Assembly (NCBI GenBank): GCA_964304625.1 | Contig: OZ199839.1 | Location: 6,636,034 to 6,700,033 of the forward strand | DNA: 64,000 nucleotides | Reading direction: 5' to 3' | From: Kudoa neothunni | Lineage: Eukaryota; Animalia; Cnidaria | Part shown: one piece after another, positions 63,201 through 64,000 of the stretch | How the letters are laid out: each line of letters starts with the position of its first letter | Position numbering within the stretch: position 1 is the first letter of the stretch | The notes under the pieces: model-generated | Databases searched by the model: none | Told to the model about the DNA's origin: nothing | What the model saw: the letters and a program-made list of their open reading frames with translations, nothing else | Position numbers and translations under genes: made by a program

Positions 63201-64000
63201 GTAACAAATGAATTATTTTCTGTACTCAAGAGAAATAGGAGCAAATGTTAATAATCACGATAAATTTAATACATATTGATGTGCATAAATTTCATAAAAT
63301 TAATTAATATACTCAATAAAATATAACTAAAAGTTTTTATCATATTTATTAGTTGGATCTTTCTTTGGAAAAATTATTAATGTTTCACTGGTAAAGCTCT
63401 GACTTCCTTAAATAGTAAATCGTCGTTTTTAGATCTGTGACCGTAGATAACATTTGATAATTTCGTTTTCTGAAATCTTTGTACATTTTTCTCAAATAAA
63501 TTAGAGCATCATTCGTAGAAATAGTAAATTTTTTAAATGTTTTTTTGTGACTTTGAATACAAGAAAGTGATGGATGTAGATAACTATTATTTTCCGCTGC
63601 TGCTCCACCTATTAAATTGTGATATTATGTTGTTTACTATTCAAACATAGTTAAGATGTTCTATAATATTTTTGCTTGCACAGGCTGGGACGGCCGGGGA
63701 AATAAGGTAGTGGATATTGCAACGGATGGGTATATCTCCTAAAATAATGCTTTTAATCCGAATTTTAATTTCAAAAATACATACAACAATAAATGAACTA
63801 CTATTAAATAAATTTTCACAAGAAAATAAATTAGTCGACTTTTTACCTCTAATCTAAATTGGTTATGTATGCAGTCATTGTTTAATATTTTCCTTCAATA
63901 AATTCACATTGAAGTTAATGTATAAGTTATTTCAAAATTCTGTTATATTGATTTTATACAACAAGAAGTATCGATATATACGATGCGTTAATTAATAATA

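Noticed and set aside
1-64000. CRISPR arrays, rRNA genes or prokaryotic operons
   Set aside because: There are no regularly spaced direct repeats or rRNA-like sequence, and the genes are spliceosomal and eukaryotic.
60900-64000. Short AT-rich ORFs (e.g. 63018-63251; also 558-758, 30720-30905)
   Set aside because: They are compositionally biased, lack motifs, and fit no consistent splice model; probably chance ORFs or unrecognisable transposon relics.

Overview
This is an AT-rich eukaryotic (animal) genomic window with very short GT-AG introns, mostly 40-46 nt. The ORF track misses most gene structures because they are spliced. There are eight host genes in a dense field of decayed transposons: MULE, Merlin/ISXO2, pogo/Tigger, Tc1, hAT, piggyBac-like, Helitron, BEL/Pao, Gypsy, a solo LTR and a tRNA-derived SINE. 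Six genes are paralogs of one secreted ~375-aa protein with five Kunitz/BPTI-like domains, one domain per exon (ATGs at 1525, 14837, 31307, 41361, 50965 on +; 60001 on -). A seventh, divergent five-domain paralog with a mucin-like tail starts at 19587. The six paralogs have nearly invariant frameworks but hypervariable, length-polymorphic loops. They have lost disulfides strictly in pairs, and they are mosaics: the closest partner changes from block to block, introns included. This suggests a diversifying secreted-effector or variant-antigen family shuffled by gene conversion. The eighth gene (10350-7339, -) encodes a type I membrane protein with Cys-decorated FN3-like repeats and two micro-exons. 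Several genes carry single-base homopolymer indels that may be assembly errors. Tiny introns plus this gene content suggest a genome-reduced parasite such as a myxozoan or orthonectid, but that is inference only.
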